64,000 nucleotides of DNA. It comes from Macrostomum lignano (Eukaryota). The translations under genes and the position numbers were made by a program. The notes under the pieces are model-generated. The model was not told the origin of the DNA, did not search any database, and was given only the letters and a program-made list of their open reading frames with translations. The stretch covers positions 124,001 to 188,000 of the forward strand of contig NIVC01001685.1 in assembly GCA_002269645.1 (NCBI GenBank), read 5' to 3'. Below are positions 23,580-38,500 of the stretch, in pieces; position 1 is the first letter of the stretch, and each line of letters opens with the position of its first letter.

Positions 23580-26500
23580 GAGAAATGAGACACTGGAGAG
23601 TTACAGAGATGAGACACTGGAGAGTTACAGAGATGAGACACGGGACAATTGAAGAGATGAGACACGGGAGAGTTGCAAAGATGAGACACAGGAGAGTTGC
23701 AGAGATGAGACACGGGAGAGTTACAGAGATGAGACACTGGAGAGTTACAGAGATGAGACACGGGAGAGTTACAGAGATGAGACACGGGAGAGTTACAGAG
23801 ATGAGACACGGGAGAGTTGCAGAGATGAGACACGGGAGAGTTATAGAAATGAGACACGGGACAGTTGTAGAGATGAGACACGGGACAGTTGTAGAGATGA
23901 GACACGGGAGAGTTGCAGAGATGAGACACGGGACAGTTGTAGAGATGAGACACGGGACAGTTGTAGAGATGAGACACGGGAGAGTTACAGAGATGAGACA
24001 CTGGAGAGTTACAGAGATGAGACACGGGAGAGTTACAGAGATGAGACACGGGAGAGTTGCAGAGATGAGACACGGGAGAGTTATAGAAATGAGACACGGG
24101 ACAGTTGTAGAGATGAGACACGGGACAGTTGTAGAGATGAGACACGGGAGAGTTGCAGAGATGAGACACGGGACAGTTGTAGAGATGAGACACGGGACAG
24201 TTGTAGAGATGAGACACGGGAGAGTTACAGAGATGAGACACGGTCCGAGAGTTACAGAGATGAGACACGGGAGAGTTGCAGAGATGAGACACGGGAGAGT
24301 TACAGAGATGAGACACGGGAGAGTTACAGAGATGAGACACGGGAGAGTTACAGAGATGAGACACGGGACAGTTATAGAAATGAGACACGGGACAGTTGTA
24401 GAGATGAGACACGGTCCGAGAGTTACAGAGATAAGACACTGGAGAGTTACAGAGATGAGACACTGGAGAGTTACAGAGATGAGACACTGGAGAGTTACAG
24501 AGATGAGACACTGGAGAGTTACAAAGATGAGACACGGGACAGTTATAGAGATGAAACACGGGAGAGTTGCAGAGATGAGACACGGGACAGTTGTAGAGAT
24601 GAGACACGGGAGAGTTGCAAAGATGAGACACAGGAGAGTTGCAGAGATGAGACACGGGAGAGTTACAGAGATGAGACACGGGACAGTTGTAGAGATGAGA
24701 CACGGGAGAGTTACAGAGATGAGACACTGGAGAGTTACAGAGATGAGACACGGGAGAGTTACAGAGATGAGACACGGGAGAGTTACAGAGATGAGACACG
24801 GGAGAGTTACAGAGATGAGACACGGGAGAGTTACAGAGATGAGACACGGGAGAGTTGCAGAGATGAGACACGGGACAGTTGTAGAGATGAGACACGGGAG
24901 AGTTACAGAGATGAGACACGGGAGAGTTACAGAGATGAGACACGGGAGAGTTATAGAAATGAGACACGGGACAGTTGTAGAGATGAGACACGGGACAGTT
25001 GTAGAGATGAGACACGGGAGAGTTGCAGAGATGAGACACGGGACAGTTGTAGAGATGAGACACGGGACAGTTGTAGAGATGAGACACGGGAGAGTTGCAG
25101 AGATGAGACACGGGAGAGTTACAAAGATGAGACACGGGAGAGTTACAGAGATGAGACACGGGAGAGTTGCAGAGATGAGACACGGGAGAGTTATAGAGAT
25201 GAGACACGGGAGAGTTACAGAGATGAGACACGGGAGAGTTATAGAAATGAGACACGGGACAGTTGTAGAGATGAGACACGGGAGAGTTACAGAGATGAGA
25301 CACGGGAGAGTTACAGAGATGAGACACGGTCCGAGAGTTACAGAGATGAGACACTGGAGAGTTACAGAGATGAGACACTGGAGAGTTACAGAGATGAGAC
25401 ACTGGAGAGTTACAGAGATGAGACACGGGAGAGTTACAGAGATGAGACACGGGAGAGTTACAGAGATGAGACACGGGAGAGTTACAGAGATGAGACACGG
25501 GAGAGTTACAGAGATGAGACACGGGACAGTTTATAGAGATGAGACACGGGAGAGTTACAGAGATGAGACACTGGAGAGTTACAGAGATGAGACACTGGAG
25601 AGTTACAGAGATGAGACACGGGAGAGTTATAGTGATGAGACCTGGTCCGAGAGTTACAGAGATGAGACACTGGAGAGTTACAAAGATGAGACACGGGACA
25701 GTTTATAGAGATGAGACACTGGAGAGTTACAGAGATGAGACACGGGAGAGTAACAGAGATGAGACACGGGACAGTTGTAGAGATGAGACACGGGAGAGTT
25801 ACAGAGATGAGACACGGGAGAGTTACAGAGATGAGACACGGTCCGAGAGTTACAGAGATGAGACACTGGAGAGTTACAGAGATGAGACACGGGAGAGTTA
25901 CAGAGATGAGACACGGGAGAGTTACAGAGATGAGACACTGGAGAGTTGCAGAGATGAGACACGGGAGAGTTACAGAGATGAGACACGGGAGAGTTACAGA
26001 GATGAGACACTGGAGAGTTACAAAGATGAGACACGGGACAGTTTATAGAGATGAGACACTGGAGAGTTACAGAGATGAGACACGGGAGAGTAACAGAGAT
26101 GAGACACTGGAGAGTTACAGAGATGAGACACTGGAGAGTTACAGAGATGAGACACGGGAGAGTTACAGAGATGAGACACTGGAGAGTTACAGAGATGAGA
26201 CACTGGAGAGTTACAGAGATGAGACACTGGAGAGTTACAGAGATGAGACACGGGAGAGTTACAGAGATGAGACACTGGAGAGTTACAGAGATGAGACACT
26301 GGAGAGTTACAGAGATGAGACACGGGAGAGTTATAGTGATGAGACACGGTCCGAGAATTACAGAGATGAGACACTGGAGAGTTACAAAGATGAGACACGG
26401 GACAGTTTATAGAGATGAGACACTGGAGAGTTACAGAGATGAGACACGGGAGAGTAACAGAGATAAGACACGGGAGAGTTACAGAGATGAGACACGGGAG

Positions 26501-29500
26501 AGTTACAGAGATGAGACACGGGACAGTTTATAGAGATGAGACACGGGAGAGTTACAGAGATGAGACACTGGAGAGTTACAGAGATGAGACACTGGAGAGT
26601 TACAGAGATGAGACACGGGAGAGTTATAGTGATGAGACACGGTCCGAGAGTTACAGAGATGAGAAACTGGAGAGTTACAAAGATGAGACACGGGACAGTT
26701 TATAGAGATGAGACACTGGAGAGTTACAGAGATGAGACACGGGACAGTTGTAGAGATGAGACACGGGAGAGTTGCAGAGATGAGACACGGGAGAGTTACA
26801 GAGATGAGACACGGGAGAGTTACAGAGATGAGACACGGGACAGTTTATAGAGATGAGACACGGGAGAGTTACAGAGATGAGACACTGGAGAGTTACAGAG
26901 ATGAGACACTGGAGAGTTACAGAGATGAGACACGGGAGAGTTATAGTGATGAGACACGGTCCGAGAGTTACAGAGATGAGAAACTGGAGAGTTACAAAGA
27001 TGAGACACGGGACAGTTATAGAGATGAGACACTGGAGAGTTACAGAGATGAGACACGGGACAGTTGTAGAGATGAGACACGGGAGAGTTGCAGAGATGAG
27101 ACACGGGAGAGTTACAGAGATGAGACACGGGAGAGTTACAGAGATGAGACACGGGACAGTTTATAGAGATGAGACACGGGAGAGTTACAGAGATGAGACA
27201 CTGGAGAGTTACAGAGATGAGACACTGGAGAGTTACAGAGATGAGACACGGGAGAGTTATAGTGATGAGACACGGTCCGAGAGTTACAGAGATGAGACAC
27301 TGGAGAGTTACAAAGATGAGACACGGGACAGTTTATAGAGATGAGACACTGGAGAGTTACAGAGATGAGACACGGGAGAGTAACAGAGATGAGACACGGG
27401 ACAGTTGTAGAGATGAGACACTGGAGAGTTACAGAGATGAGACACGGGAGAGTTACAGAGATGAGACACGGTCCGAGAGTTACAGAGATGAGACACTGGA
27501 GAGTTACAGAGATGAGACACGGGAGAGTTACAGAGATGAGACACGGGAGAGTTACAGAGATGAGACACTGGAGAGTTACAGAGATGAGACACGGGAGAGT
27601 TGCAGAGATGAGACACGGGAGAGTTACAGAGATGAGACACTGGAGAGTTACAAAGATGAGACACGGGACAGTTTATAGAGATGAGACACTGGAGAGTTAC
27701 AGAGATGAGACACTGGAGAGTTACAGAGATGAGACACGGGAGAGTTACAGAGATGAGACACTGGAGAGTTACAGAGATGAGACACTGGAGAGTTACAGAG
27801 ATGAGACACTGGAGAGTTACAGAGATGAGACACGGGAGAGTTACAGAGATGAGACACTGGAGAGTTACAGAGATGAGACACTGGAGAGTTACAGAGATGA
27901 GACACGGGAGAGTTATAGTGATGAGACACGGTCCGAGAGTTACAGAGATGAGACACTGGAGAGTTACAAAGATGAGACACGGGACAGTTTATAGAGATGA
28001 GACACTGGAGAGTTACAGAGATGAGACACGGGAGAGTAACAGAGATGAGACACGGGAGAGTTACAGAGATGAGACACGGGAGAGTTACAGAGATGAGACA
28101 CGGGACAGTTTATAGAGATGAGACACGGGAGAGTTACAGAGATGAGACACTGGAGAGTTACAGAGATGAGACACTGGAGAGTTACAGAGATGAGACACGG
28201 GAGAGTTATAGAGATGAGACACGGGAGAGTTACAGAGATGAGACACTGGAGAGTTACAAAGATGAGACACGGGACAGTTTATAGAGATGAGACACGGGAC
28301 AGTTGTAGAGATGAGACACGGGAGAGTTGCAGAGATGAGACACGGGACAGTTGTAGAGATGAGACACGGGACAGTTGTAGAGATGAGACACGGGAGAGTT
28401 ACAGAGATGAGACACGGGAGAGTTACAGAGATGAGACACGGGAGAGTTACAGAGATGAGACACGGGAGAGTTACAGAGATGAGACACGGGAGAGTTACAG
28501 AGATGAGACACGGGAGAGTTACAGAGATGAGACACGGGACAGTTGTAGAGATGAGACACGGGAGAGTTACAGAGATGAGACACGGGAGAGTTACAGAGAT
28601 GAGACACTGGAGAGTTACAGAGATGAGACACTGGAGAGTTACAGAGATGAGACACGGAGAGTTACAGAGATGAGACACGGGAGTTAGAGATGAGACACGG
28701 GAGAGTTACAGAGATGAGACACGGGAGTTGCAGAGATGAGACACGGGAGAGTTGCAGAGATGAGACACGGGAGAGTTGCAGAGATGAGACACGGAGAGTT
28801 ACAGAGATGAGACACGGAGAGTTACAGAGATGAGACACGGGAGAGTTACAGAGATGAGACACGGAGAGTTACAGAGATGAGACACGGGAGAGTTACAGAG
28901 ATGAGACACGGGAGAGTTACAGAGATGAGACACGGGAGAGTTACAGAGATGAGACACGGGAGAGTTACAGAGATGAGACACGGGAGAGTTACAGAGATGA
29001 GACACGGGAGAGTTACAGAGATGAGACACGGAGAGTTACAGAGATGAGACACGGGAGTTACAGAGATGAGACACGGGAGAGTTACAGAGATGAGACACGG
29101 GAGAGTTAGAGATGAGACACGGGAGAGTTAGAGATGAGACACGGGACAGTTGTAGAGATGAGACACGGGACAGTTGTAGAGATGAGACACGGGAGAGTTA
29201 CAGAGATGAGACACGGGAGAGTTACAGAGATGAGACACGGGAGAGTTGCAGAGATGAGACACGGGAGAGTTACAGAGATGAGACACGGGAGAGTTACAGA
29301 GATGAGACACGGAGAGTTACAGAGATGAGACACGGGAGAGTTAGAGATGAGACACGGGAGAGTTACAGAGATGAGACACGGGAGAGTTACAGAGATGAGA
29401 CACGGGAGAGTTACAGAGATGAGACACGGAGAGTTACAGAGATGAGACACGGGAGAGTTACAGAGATGAGACACGGAGAGTTACAGAGATGAGACACGGA

Positions 29501-32500
29501 GAGTTACAGAGATGAGACACGGAGAGTTACAGAGATGAGACACGGAGAGTTACAGAGATGAGACACGGAGAGTTACAGAGATGAGACACGGAGAGTTACA
29601 GAGATGAGACACGGGAGAGTTACAGAGATGAGACACGGGAGAGTTACAGAGATGAGACACGGAGAGTTACAGAGATGAGACACGGGAGAGTTACAGAGAT
29701 GAGACACTGGAGAGTTACAGAGATGAGACACGGAGAGTTACAGAGATGAGACACGGGAGAGTTATAGAGATGAGACACGGAGAGTTACAGAGATGAGACA
29801 CGGAGAGTTACAGAGATGAGACACGGGAGTTACAGAGATGAGACACGGGAGAGTTACAGAGATGAGACACGGAGAGTTACAGAGATGAGACACGGAGAGT
29901 TACAGAGATGAGACACGGGAGAGTTACAGAGATGAGACACGGGAGAGTTACAGAGATGAGACACGGGAGAGTTACAGAGATGAGACACGGAGAGTTACAG
30001 AGATGAGACACGGGAGAGTTACAGAGATGAGACACGGAGAGTTACAGAGATGAGACACGGAGAGTTACAGAGATGAGACACGGGAGAGTTACAGAGATGA
30101 GACACGGAGAGTTACAGAGATGAGACACGGGAGAGTTACAGAGATGAGACACGGAGAGTTACAGAGATGAGACACGGAGAGTTACAGAGATGAGACACGG
30201 AGAGTTACAGAGATGAGACACGGAGAGTTACAGAGATGAGACACGGAGAGTTACAGAGATGAGACACTGGAGAGTTACAGAGATGAGACACGGAGAGTTA
30301 CAGAGATGAGACACGGAGAGTTACAGAGATGAGACACGGAGAGTTACAGAGATGAGACACGGAGAGTTACAGAGATGAGACACGGAGAGTTACAGAGATG
30401 AGACACTGGAGAGTTACAGAGATGAGACACGGGAGTTACAGAGATGAGACACTGGAGAGTTACAGAGATGAGACACGGAGAGTTACAGAGATGAGACACG
30501 GAGAGTTACAGAGATGAGACACGGAGAGTTACAGAGATGAGACACGGAGAGTTACAGAGATGAGACACGGGAGAGTTACAGAGATGAGACACGGAGAGTT
30601 ACAGAGATGAGACACGGAGAGTTACAGAGATGAGACACGGAGAGTTACAGAGATGAGACACGGAGAGTTACAGAGATGAGACACTGGAGAGTTACAGAGA
30701 TGAGACACGGGAGAGTTACAGAGATGAGACACGGAGAGTTACAGAGATGAGACACGGAGAGTTACAGAGATGAGACACGGAGAGTTACAGAGATGAGACA
30801 CGGGAGAGTTACAGAGATGAGACACGGGAGAGTTACAGAGATGAGACACGGGAGAGTTAGAGATGAGACACGGGAGAGTTACAGAGATGAGACACGGAGA
30901 GTTACAGAGATGAGACACGGAGAGTTACAGAGATGAGACACGGAGAGTTACAGAGATGAGACACGGGAGAGTTACAGAGATGAGACACGGAGAGTTACAG
31001 AGATGAGACACGGGAGAGTTACAGAGATGAGACACGGAGAGTTACAGAGATGAGACACGGAGAGTTACAGAGATGAGACACGGGAGAGTTAGAGATGAGA
31101 CACGGAGAGTTACAGAGATGAGACACGGGAGAGTTACAGAGATGAGACACGGGAGAGTTACAGAGATGAGACACGGAGAGTTACAGAGATGAGACACGGG
31201 AGAGTTACAGAGATGAGACACGGGAGAGTTACAGAGATGAGACACGGAGAGTTACAGAGATGAGACACGGGAGAGTTACAGAGATGAGACACGGGAGAGT
31301 TACAGAGATGAGACACGGAGAGTTACAGAGATGAGACACGGGAGTTACAGAGATGAGACACGGAGAGTTACAGAGATGAGACACGGAGAGTTACAGAGAT
31401 GAGACACGGAGAGTTACAGAGATGAGACACGGAGAGTTACAGAGATGAGACACGGAGAGTTACAGAGATGAGACACGGAGAGTTACAGAGATGAGACACG
31501 GAGAGTTACAGAGATGAGACACGGAGAGTTACAGAGATGAGACACTGGAGAGTTACAGAGATGAGACACGGGAGTTACAGAGATGAGACACGGAGAGTTA
31601 CAGAGATGAGACACTGGAGAGTTACAGAGATGAGACACGGGAGTTACAGAGATGAGACACGGAGAGTTACAGAGATGAGACACGGAGAGTTACAGAGATG
31701 AGACACGGGAGAGTTACAGAGATGAGACACGGAGAGTTACAGAGATGAGACACGGGAGTTATAGAGATGAGACACGGGAGAGTTACAGAGATGAGACACG
31801 GAGAGTTACAGAGATGAGACACGGAGAGTTACAGAGATGAGACACGGAGAGTTACAGAGATGAGACACGGGAGAGTTACAGAGATGAGACACGGAGAGTT
31901 ACAGAGATGAGACACGGAGAGTTACAGAGATGAGACACGGAGAGTTACAGAGATGAGACACGGGAGTTACAGAGATGAGACACGGAGAGTTACAGAGATG
32001 AGACACGGGACAGTTACAGAGATGAGACACGGGACAGTTAGAGATGAGACACGGGAGAGTTACAGAGATGAGACACGGGAGAGTTAGAGATGAGACACGG
32101 GACAGTTGTAGAGATGAGACACGGGAGAGTTACAGAGATGAGACACGGAGAGTTACAGAGATGAGACACGGGAGTTAGAGATGAGACACGGGAGAGTTAC
32201 AGAGATGAGACACGGGAGAGTTACAGAGATGAGACACGGGAGAGTTACAGAGATGAGACACGGGACAGTTGTAGAGATGAGACACGGGAGAGTTACAGAG
32301 ATGAGACACGGGAGAGTTACAGAGATGAGACACGGGACAGTTAGAGATGAGACACGGGAGTTGTAGAGATGAGACACGGGAGAGTTACAGAGATGAGACA
32401 CGGGAGAGTTACAGAGATGAGACACGGGAGAGTTGTAGAGATGAGACACGGGAGAGTTACAGAGATGAGACACGGGAGAGTTACAGAGATGAGACACGGG

Positions 32501-35500
32501 AGAGTTACAGAGATGAGACACGGGAGAGTTACAGAGATGAGACACGGGAGAGTTACAGAGATGAGACACGGGACAGTTACAGAGATGAGACACGGGAGTT
32601 ACAGAGATGAGACACGGGAGAGTTACAGAGATGAGACACGGGAGTTACAGAGATGAGACACGGAGAGTTACAGAGATGAGACACGGGAGAGTTACAGAGA
32701 TGAGACACGGGAGAGTTAGAGATGAGACACGGAGAGTTACAGAGATGAGACACGGGAGAGTTACAGAGATGAGACACGGGAGAGTTACAGAGATGAGACA
32801 CGGGAGTTACAGAGATGAGACACGGGAGAGTTAGAGATGAGACACGGGAGAGTTACAGAGATGAGACACGGGAGAGTTACAGAGATGAGACACGGGAGAG
32901 TTAGAGATGAGACACGGGAGAGTTACAGAGATGAGACACGGGAGAGTTACAGAGATGAGACACGGGAGAGTTACAGAGATGAGACACGGAGAGTTACAGA
33001 GATGAGACACGGGAGAGTTACAGAGATGAGACACGGGAGTTACAGAGATGAGACACGGGACAGTTGTAGAGATGAGACACGGGAGAGTTACAGAGATGAG
33101 ACACGGAGAGTTACAGAGATGAGACACGGGAGAGTTAGAGATGAGACACGGGAGAGTTACAGAGATGAGACACGGGAGAGTTACAGAGATGAGACACGGG
33201 AGAGTTACAGAGATGAGACACGGGAGAGTTACAGAGATGAGACACGGAGAGTTACAGAGATGAGACACGGGAGAGTTACAGAGATGAGACACGGAGAGTT
33301 ACAGAGATGAGACACGGGAGAGTTACAGAGATGAGACACGGGAGAGTTACAGAGATGAGACACGGAGAGTTACAGAGATGAGACACGGAGAGTTACAGAG
33401 ATGAGACACGGGAGAGTTACAGAGATGAGACACGGGAGAGTTACAGAGATGAGACACGGGAGAGTTACAGAGATGAGACACGGAGAGTTACAGAGATGAG
33501 ACACGGAGAGTTACAGAGATGAGACACGGAGAGTTACAGAGATGAGACACGGGAGAGTTACAGAGATGAGACACGGAGAGTTACAGAGATGAGACACGGG
33601 AGAGTTACAGAGATGAGACACGGAGAGTTACAGAGATGAGACACGGAGAGTTACAGAGATGAGACACGGGAGTTACAGAGATGAGACACGGAGAGTTACA
33701 GAGATGAGACACGGGAGAGTTACAGAGATGAGACACGGGAGAGTTACAGAGATGAGACACGGGAGTTACAGAGATGAGACACGGAGAGTTACAGAGATGA
33801 GACACGGGAGAGTTACAGAGATGAGACACGGGAGTTAGAGATGAGACACGGGAGAGTTACAGAGATGAGACACGGGAGAGTTACAGAGATGAGACACGGG
33901 AGAGTTACAGAGATGAGACACGGGACAGTTAGAGATGAGACACGGGAGAGTTACAGAGATGAGACACGGGAGAGTTACAGAGATGAGACACGGGACAGTT
34001 AGAGATGAGACACGGAGAGTTACAGAGATGAGACACGGGAGAGTTACAGAGATGAGACACGGGAGAGTTACAGAGATGAGACACGGGACAGTTAGAGATG
34101 AGACACGGGAGAGTTACAGAGATGAGACACGGGAGAGTTACAGAGATGAGACACGGAGAGTTACAGAGATGAGACACGGAGAGTTACAGAGATGAGACAC
34201 GGGAGAGTTACAGAGATGAGACACGGGAGAGTTACAGAGATGAGACACGGGAGTTACAGAGATGAGACACGGGAGAGTTACAGAGATGAGACACGGAGAG
34301 TTACAGAGATGAGACACGGGAGAGTTACAGAGATGAGACACGGAGAGTTACAGAGATGAGACACGGAGAGTTACAGAGATGAGACACGGGAGAGTTACAG
34401 AGATGAGACACGGGAGAGTTACAGAGATGAGACACGGAGAGTTACAGAGATGAGACACGGAGAGTTACAGAGATGAGACACGGAGAGTTACAGAGATGAG
34501 ACACGGAGAGTTACAGAGATGAGACACGGGAGTTACAGAGATGAGACACGGGAGAGTTACAGAGATGAGACACGGAGAGTTACAGAGATGAGACACGGAG
34601 AGTTACAGAGATGAGACACGGGAGAGTTACAGAGATGAGACACGGAGAGTTACAGAGATGAGACACGGGAGAGTTACAGAGATGAGACACGGGAGAGTTA
34701 CAGAGATGAGACACGGGAGTTACAGAGATGAGACACGGAGAGTTACAGAGATGAGACACGGGAGAGTTACAGAGATGAGACACGGAGAGTTACAGAGATG
34801 AGACACGGAGAGTTACAGAGATGAGACACGGGAGTTACAGAGATGAGACACGGGAGAGTTACAGAGATGAGACACGGGAGAGTTACAGAGATGAGACACG
34901 GGAGAGTTAGAGATGAGACACGGGAGAGTTACAGAGATGAGACACGGGAGAGTTACAGAGATGAGACACGGGAGAGTTACAGAGATGAGACACGGGACAG
35001 TTAGAGATGAGACACGGGAGTTACAGAGATGAGACACGGGAGAGTTACAGAGATGAGACACGGGAGAGTTACAGAGATGAGACACGGAGAGTTACAGAGA
35101 TGAGACACGGGAGAGTTACAGAGATGAGACACGGGAGAGTTACAGAGATGAGACACGGGAGAGTTAGAGATGAGACACGGAGAGTTACAGAGATGAGACA
35201 CGGGAGAGTTACAGAGATGAGACACGGGAGAGTTACAGAGATGAGACACGGGAGAGTTACAGAGATGAGACACGGGAGAGTTACAGAGATGAGACACGGG
35301 AGAGTTACAGAGATGAGACACGGGAGAGTTACAGAGATGAGACACGGGAGAGTTACAGAGATGAGACACGGGAGAGTTACAGAGATGAGACACGGGAGAG
35401 TTACAGAGATGAGACACGGAGAGTTACAGAGATGAGACACGGGAGAGTTACAGAGATGAGACACGGGAGAGTTACAGAGATGAGACACGGAGAGTTACAG

Positions 35501-38500
35501 AGATGAGACACGGGAGAGTTACAGAGATGAGACACGGGAGAGTTACAGAGATGAGACACGGAGAGTTACAGAGATGAGACACGGGAGTTACAGAGATGAG
35601 ACACGGAGAGTTACAGAGATGAGACACGGAGAGTTACAGAGATGAGACACGGGAGAGTTACAGAGATGAGACACGGGAGAGTTACAGAGATGAGACACGG
35701 AGAGTTACAGAGATGAGACACGGGAGAGTTACAGAGATGAGACACGGAGAGTTACAGAGATGAGACACGGGAGAGTTACAGAGATGAGACACGGGAGAGT
35801 TACAGAGATGAGACACGGGAGAGTTACAGAGATGAGACACGGGAGAGTTACAGAGATGAGACACGGGAGAGTTACAGAGATGAGACACGGGAGAGTTACA
35901 GAGATGAGACACGGAGAGTTACAGAGATGAGACACGGAGAGTTACAGAGATGAGACACGGGAGAGTTACAGAGATGAGACACGGGAGAGTTACAGAGATG
36001 AGACACGGAGAGTTACAGAGATGAGACACGGAGAGTTACAGAGATGAGACACGGGAGAGTTACAGAGATGAGACACGGGAGAGTTACAGAGATGAGACAC
36101 GGGAGAGTTACAGAGATGAGACACGGAGAGTTACAGAGATGAGACACGGGAGAGTTACAGAGATGAGTTACAGAGATGAGACACGGGAGAGTTACAGAGA
36201 TGAGACACGGAGAGTTACAGAGATGAGACACGGGAGAGTTACAGAGATGAGACACGGAGAGTTACAGAGATGAGACACGGGAGAGTTACAGAGATGAGAC
36301 ACGGAGAGTTACAGAGATGAGACACGGAGAGTTACAGAGATGAGACACGGAGAGTTACAGAGATGAGACACGGAGAGTTACAGAGATGAGACACGGGAGA
36401 GTTACAGAGATGAGACACGGGAGAGTTACAGAGATGAGACACGGGAGAGTTACAGAGATGAGACACGGGAGAGTTACAGAGATGAGACACGGGAGTTACA
36501 GAGATGAGACACGGGAGAGTTACAGAGATGAGACACGGAGAGTTACAGAGATGAGACACGGAGAGTTACAGAGATGAGACACGGGAGAGTTATAGAGATG
36601 AGACACGGGAGAGTTACAGAGATGAGACACGGGAGAGTTACAGAGATGAGACACGGGAGAGTTACAGAGATGAGACACGGAGAGTTACAGAGATGAGACA
36701 CGGGAGAGTTACAGAGATGAGACACGGGAGAGTTACAGAGATGAGACACTGGAGAGTTACAGAGATGAGACACGGGAGAGTTACAGAGATGAGACACGGA
36801 GAGTTACAGAGATGAGACACGGAGAGTTACAGAGATGAGACACGGGAGAGTTACAGAGATGAGACACGGGAGAGTTACAGAGATGAGACACGGGAGAGTT
36901 ACAGAGATGAGACACGGAGAGTTACAGAGATGAGACACTGGAGAGTTACAGAGATGAGACACGGGAGAGTTACAGAGATGAGACACGGAGAGTTACAGAG
37001 ATGAGACACTGGAGAGTTACAGAGATGAGACACGGGAGAGTTACAGAGATGAGACACTGGAGAGTTACAGAGATGAGACACGGAGAGTTACAGAGATGAG
37101 ACACGGAGAGTTACAGAGATGAGACACGGAGAGTTACAGAGATGAGACACGGAGAGTTACAGAGATGAGACACGGAGAGTTACAGAGATGAGACACGGAG
37201 AGTTACAGAGATGAGACACGGAGAGTTACAGAGATGAGACACGGAGAGTTACAGAGATGAGACACGGGAGAGTTACAGAGATGAGACACGGAGAGTTACA
37301 GAGATGAGACACGGGAGAGTTACAGAGATGAGACACGGGAGAGTTACAGAGATGAGACACGGAGAGTTACAGAGATGAGACACGGAGAGTTACAGAGATG
37401 AGACACGGAGAGTTACAGAGATGAGACACGGGAGAGTTACAGAGATGAGACACGGGAGAGTTACAGAGATGAGACACGGAGAGTTACAGAGATGAGACAC
37501 GGGAGAGTTACAGAGATGAGACACGGGAGAGTTACAGAGATGAGACACGGGAGAGTTACAGAGATGAGACACGGAGAGTTACAGAGATGAGACACGGGAG
37601 AGTTACAGAGATGAGACACGGGAGAGTTACAGAGATGAGACACGGGAGAGTTACAGAGATGAGACACGGGAGAGTTACAGAGATGAGACACGGGAGAGTT
37701 ACAGAGATGAGACACGGGAGAGTTACAGAGATGAGACACGGAGAGTTACAGAGATGAGACACGGGAGAGTTACAGAGATGAGACACGGGAGAGTTACAGA
37801 GATGAGACACGGGAGAGTTACAGAGATGAGACACGGAGAGTTACAGAGATGAGACACGGGAGAGTTACAGAGATGAGACACGGGACAGTTACAGAGATGA
37901 GACACGGGAGAGTTACAGAGATGAGACACGGGAGTTACAGAGATGAGACACGGGAGAGTTACAGAGATGAGACACGGGAGAGTTACAGAGATGAGACACG
38001 GAGAGTTACAGAGATGAGACACGGGAGAGTTACAGAGATGAGACACGGGAGAGTTACAGAGATGAGACACGGGAGAGTTACAGAGATGAGACACGGGAGT
38101 TACAGAGATGAGACACGGAGAGTTACAGAGATGAGACACGGAGAGTTACAGAGATGAGACACGGGAGAGTTACAGAGATGAGACACGGGAGAGTTACAGA
38201 GATGAGACACGGGAGAGTTACAGAGATGAGACACGGGAGAGTTACAGAGATGAGACACGGAGAGTTACAGAGATGAGACACGGAGAGTTACAGAGATGAG
38301 ACACGGGAGACAGAGATGAGACACGGAGAGTTACAGAGATGAGACACGGAGAGTTACAGAGATGAGACACGGGACAGTTGTAGAGATGAGACACGGGAGA
38401 GTTACAGAGATGAGACACGGAGAGTTACAGAGATGAGACACGGGAGAGTTAGAGATGAGACACGGGAGAGTTACAGAGATGAGACACTGGAGAGTTACAG

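Noticed and set aside
23585-25708. 707-aa (MRHGRVTE)n ORF and the antisense 650-aa (SHLCNSPV)n ORF as a repetitive adhesive or structural protein
   Set aside because: The 24-bp unit is stop-free in four of six frames by construction. There is no signal peptide or unique flank, and 25-bp units shift the frame repeatedly, so there is no evidence of coding selection.
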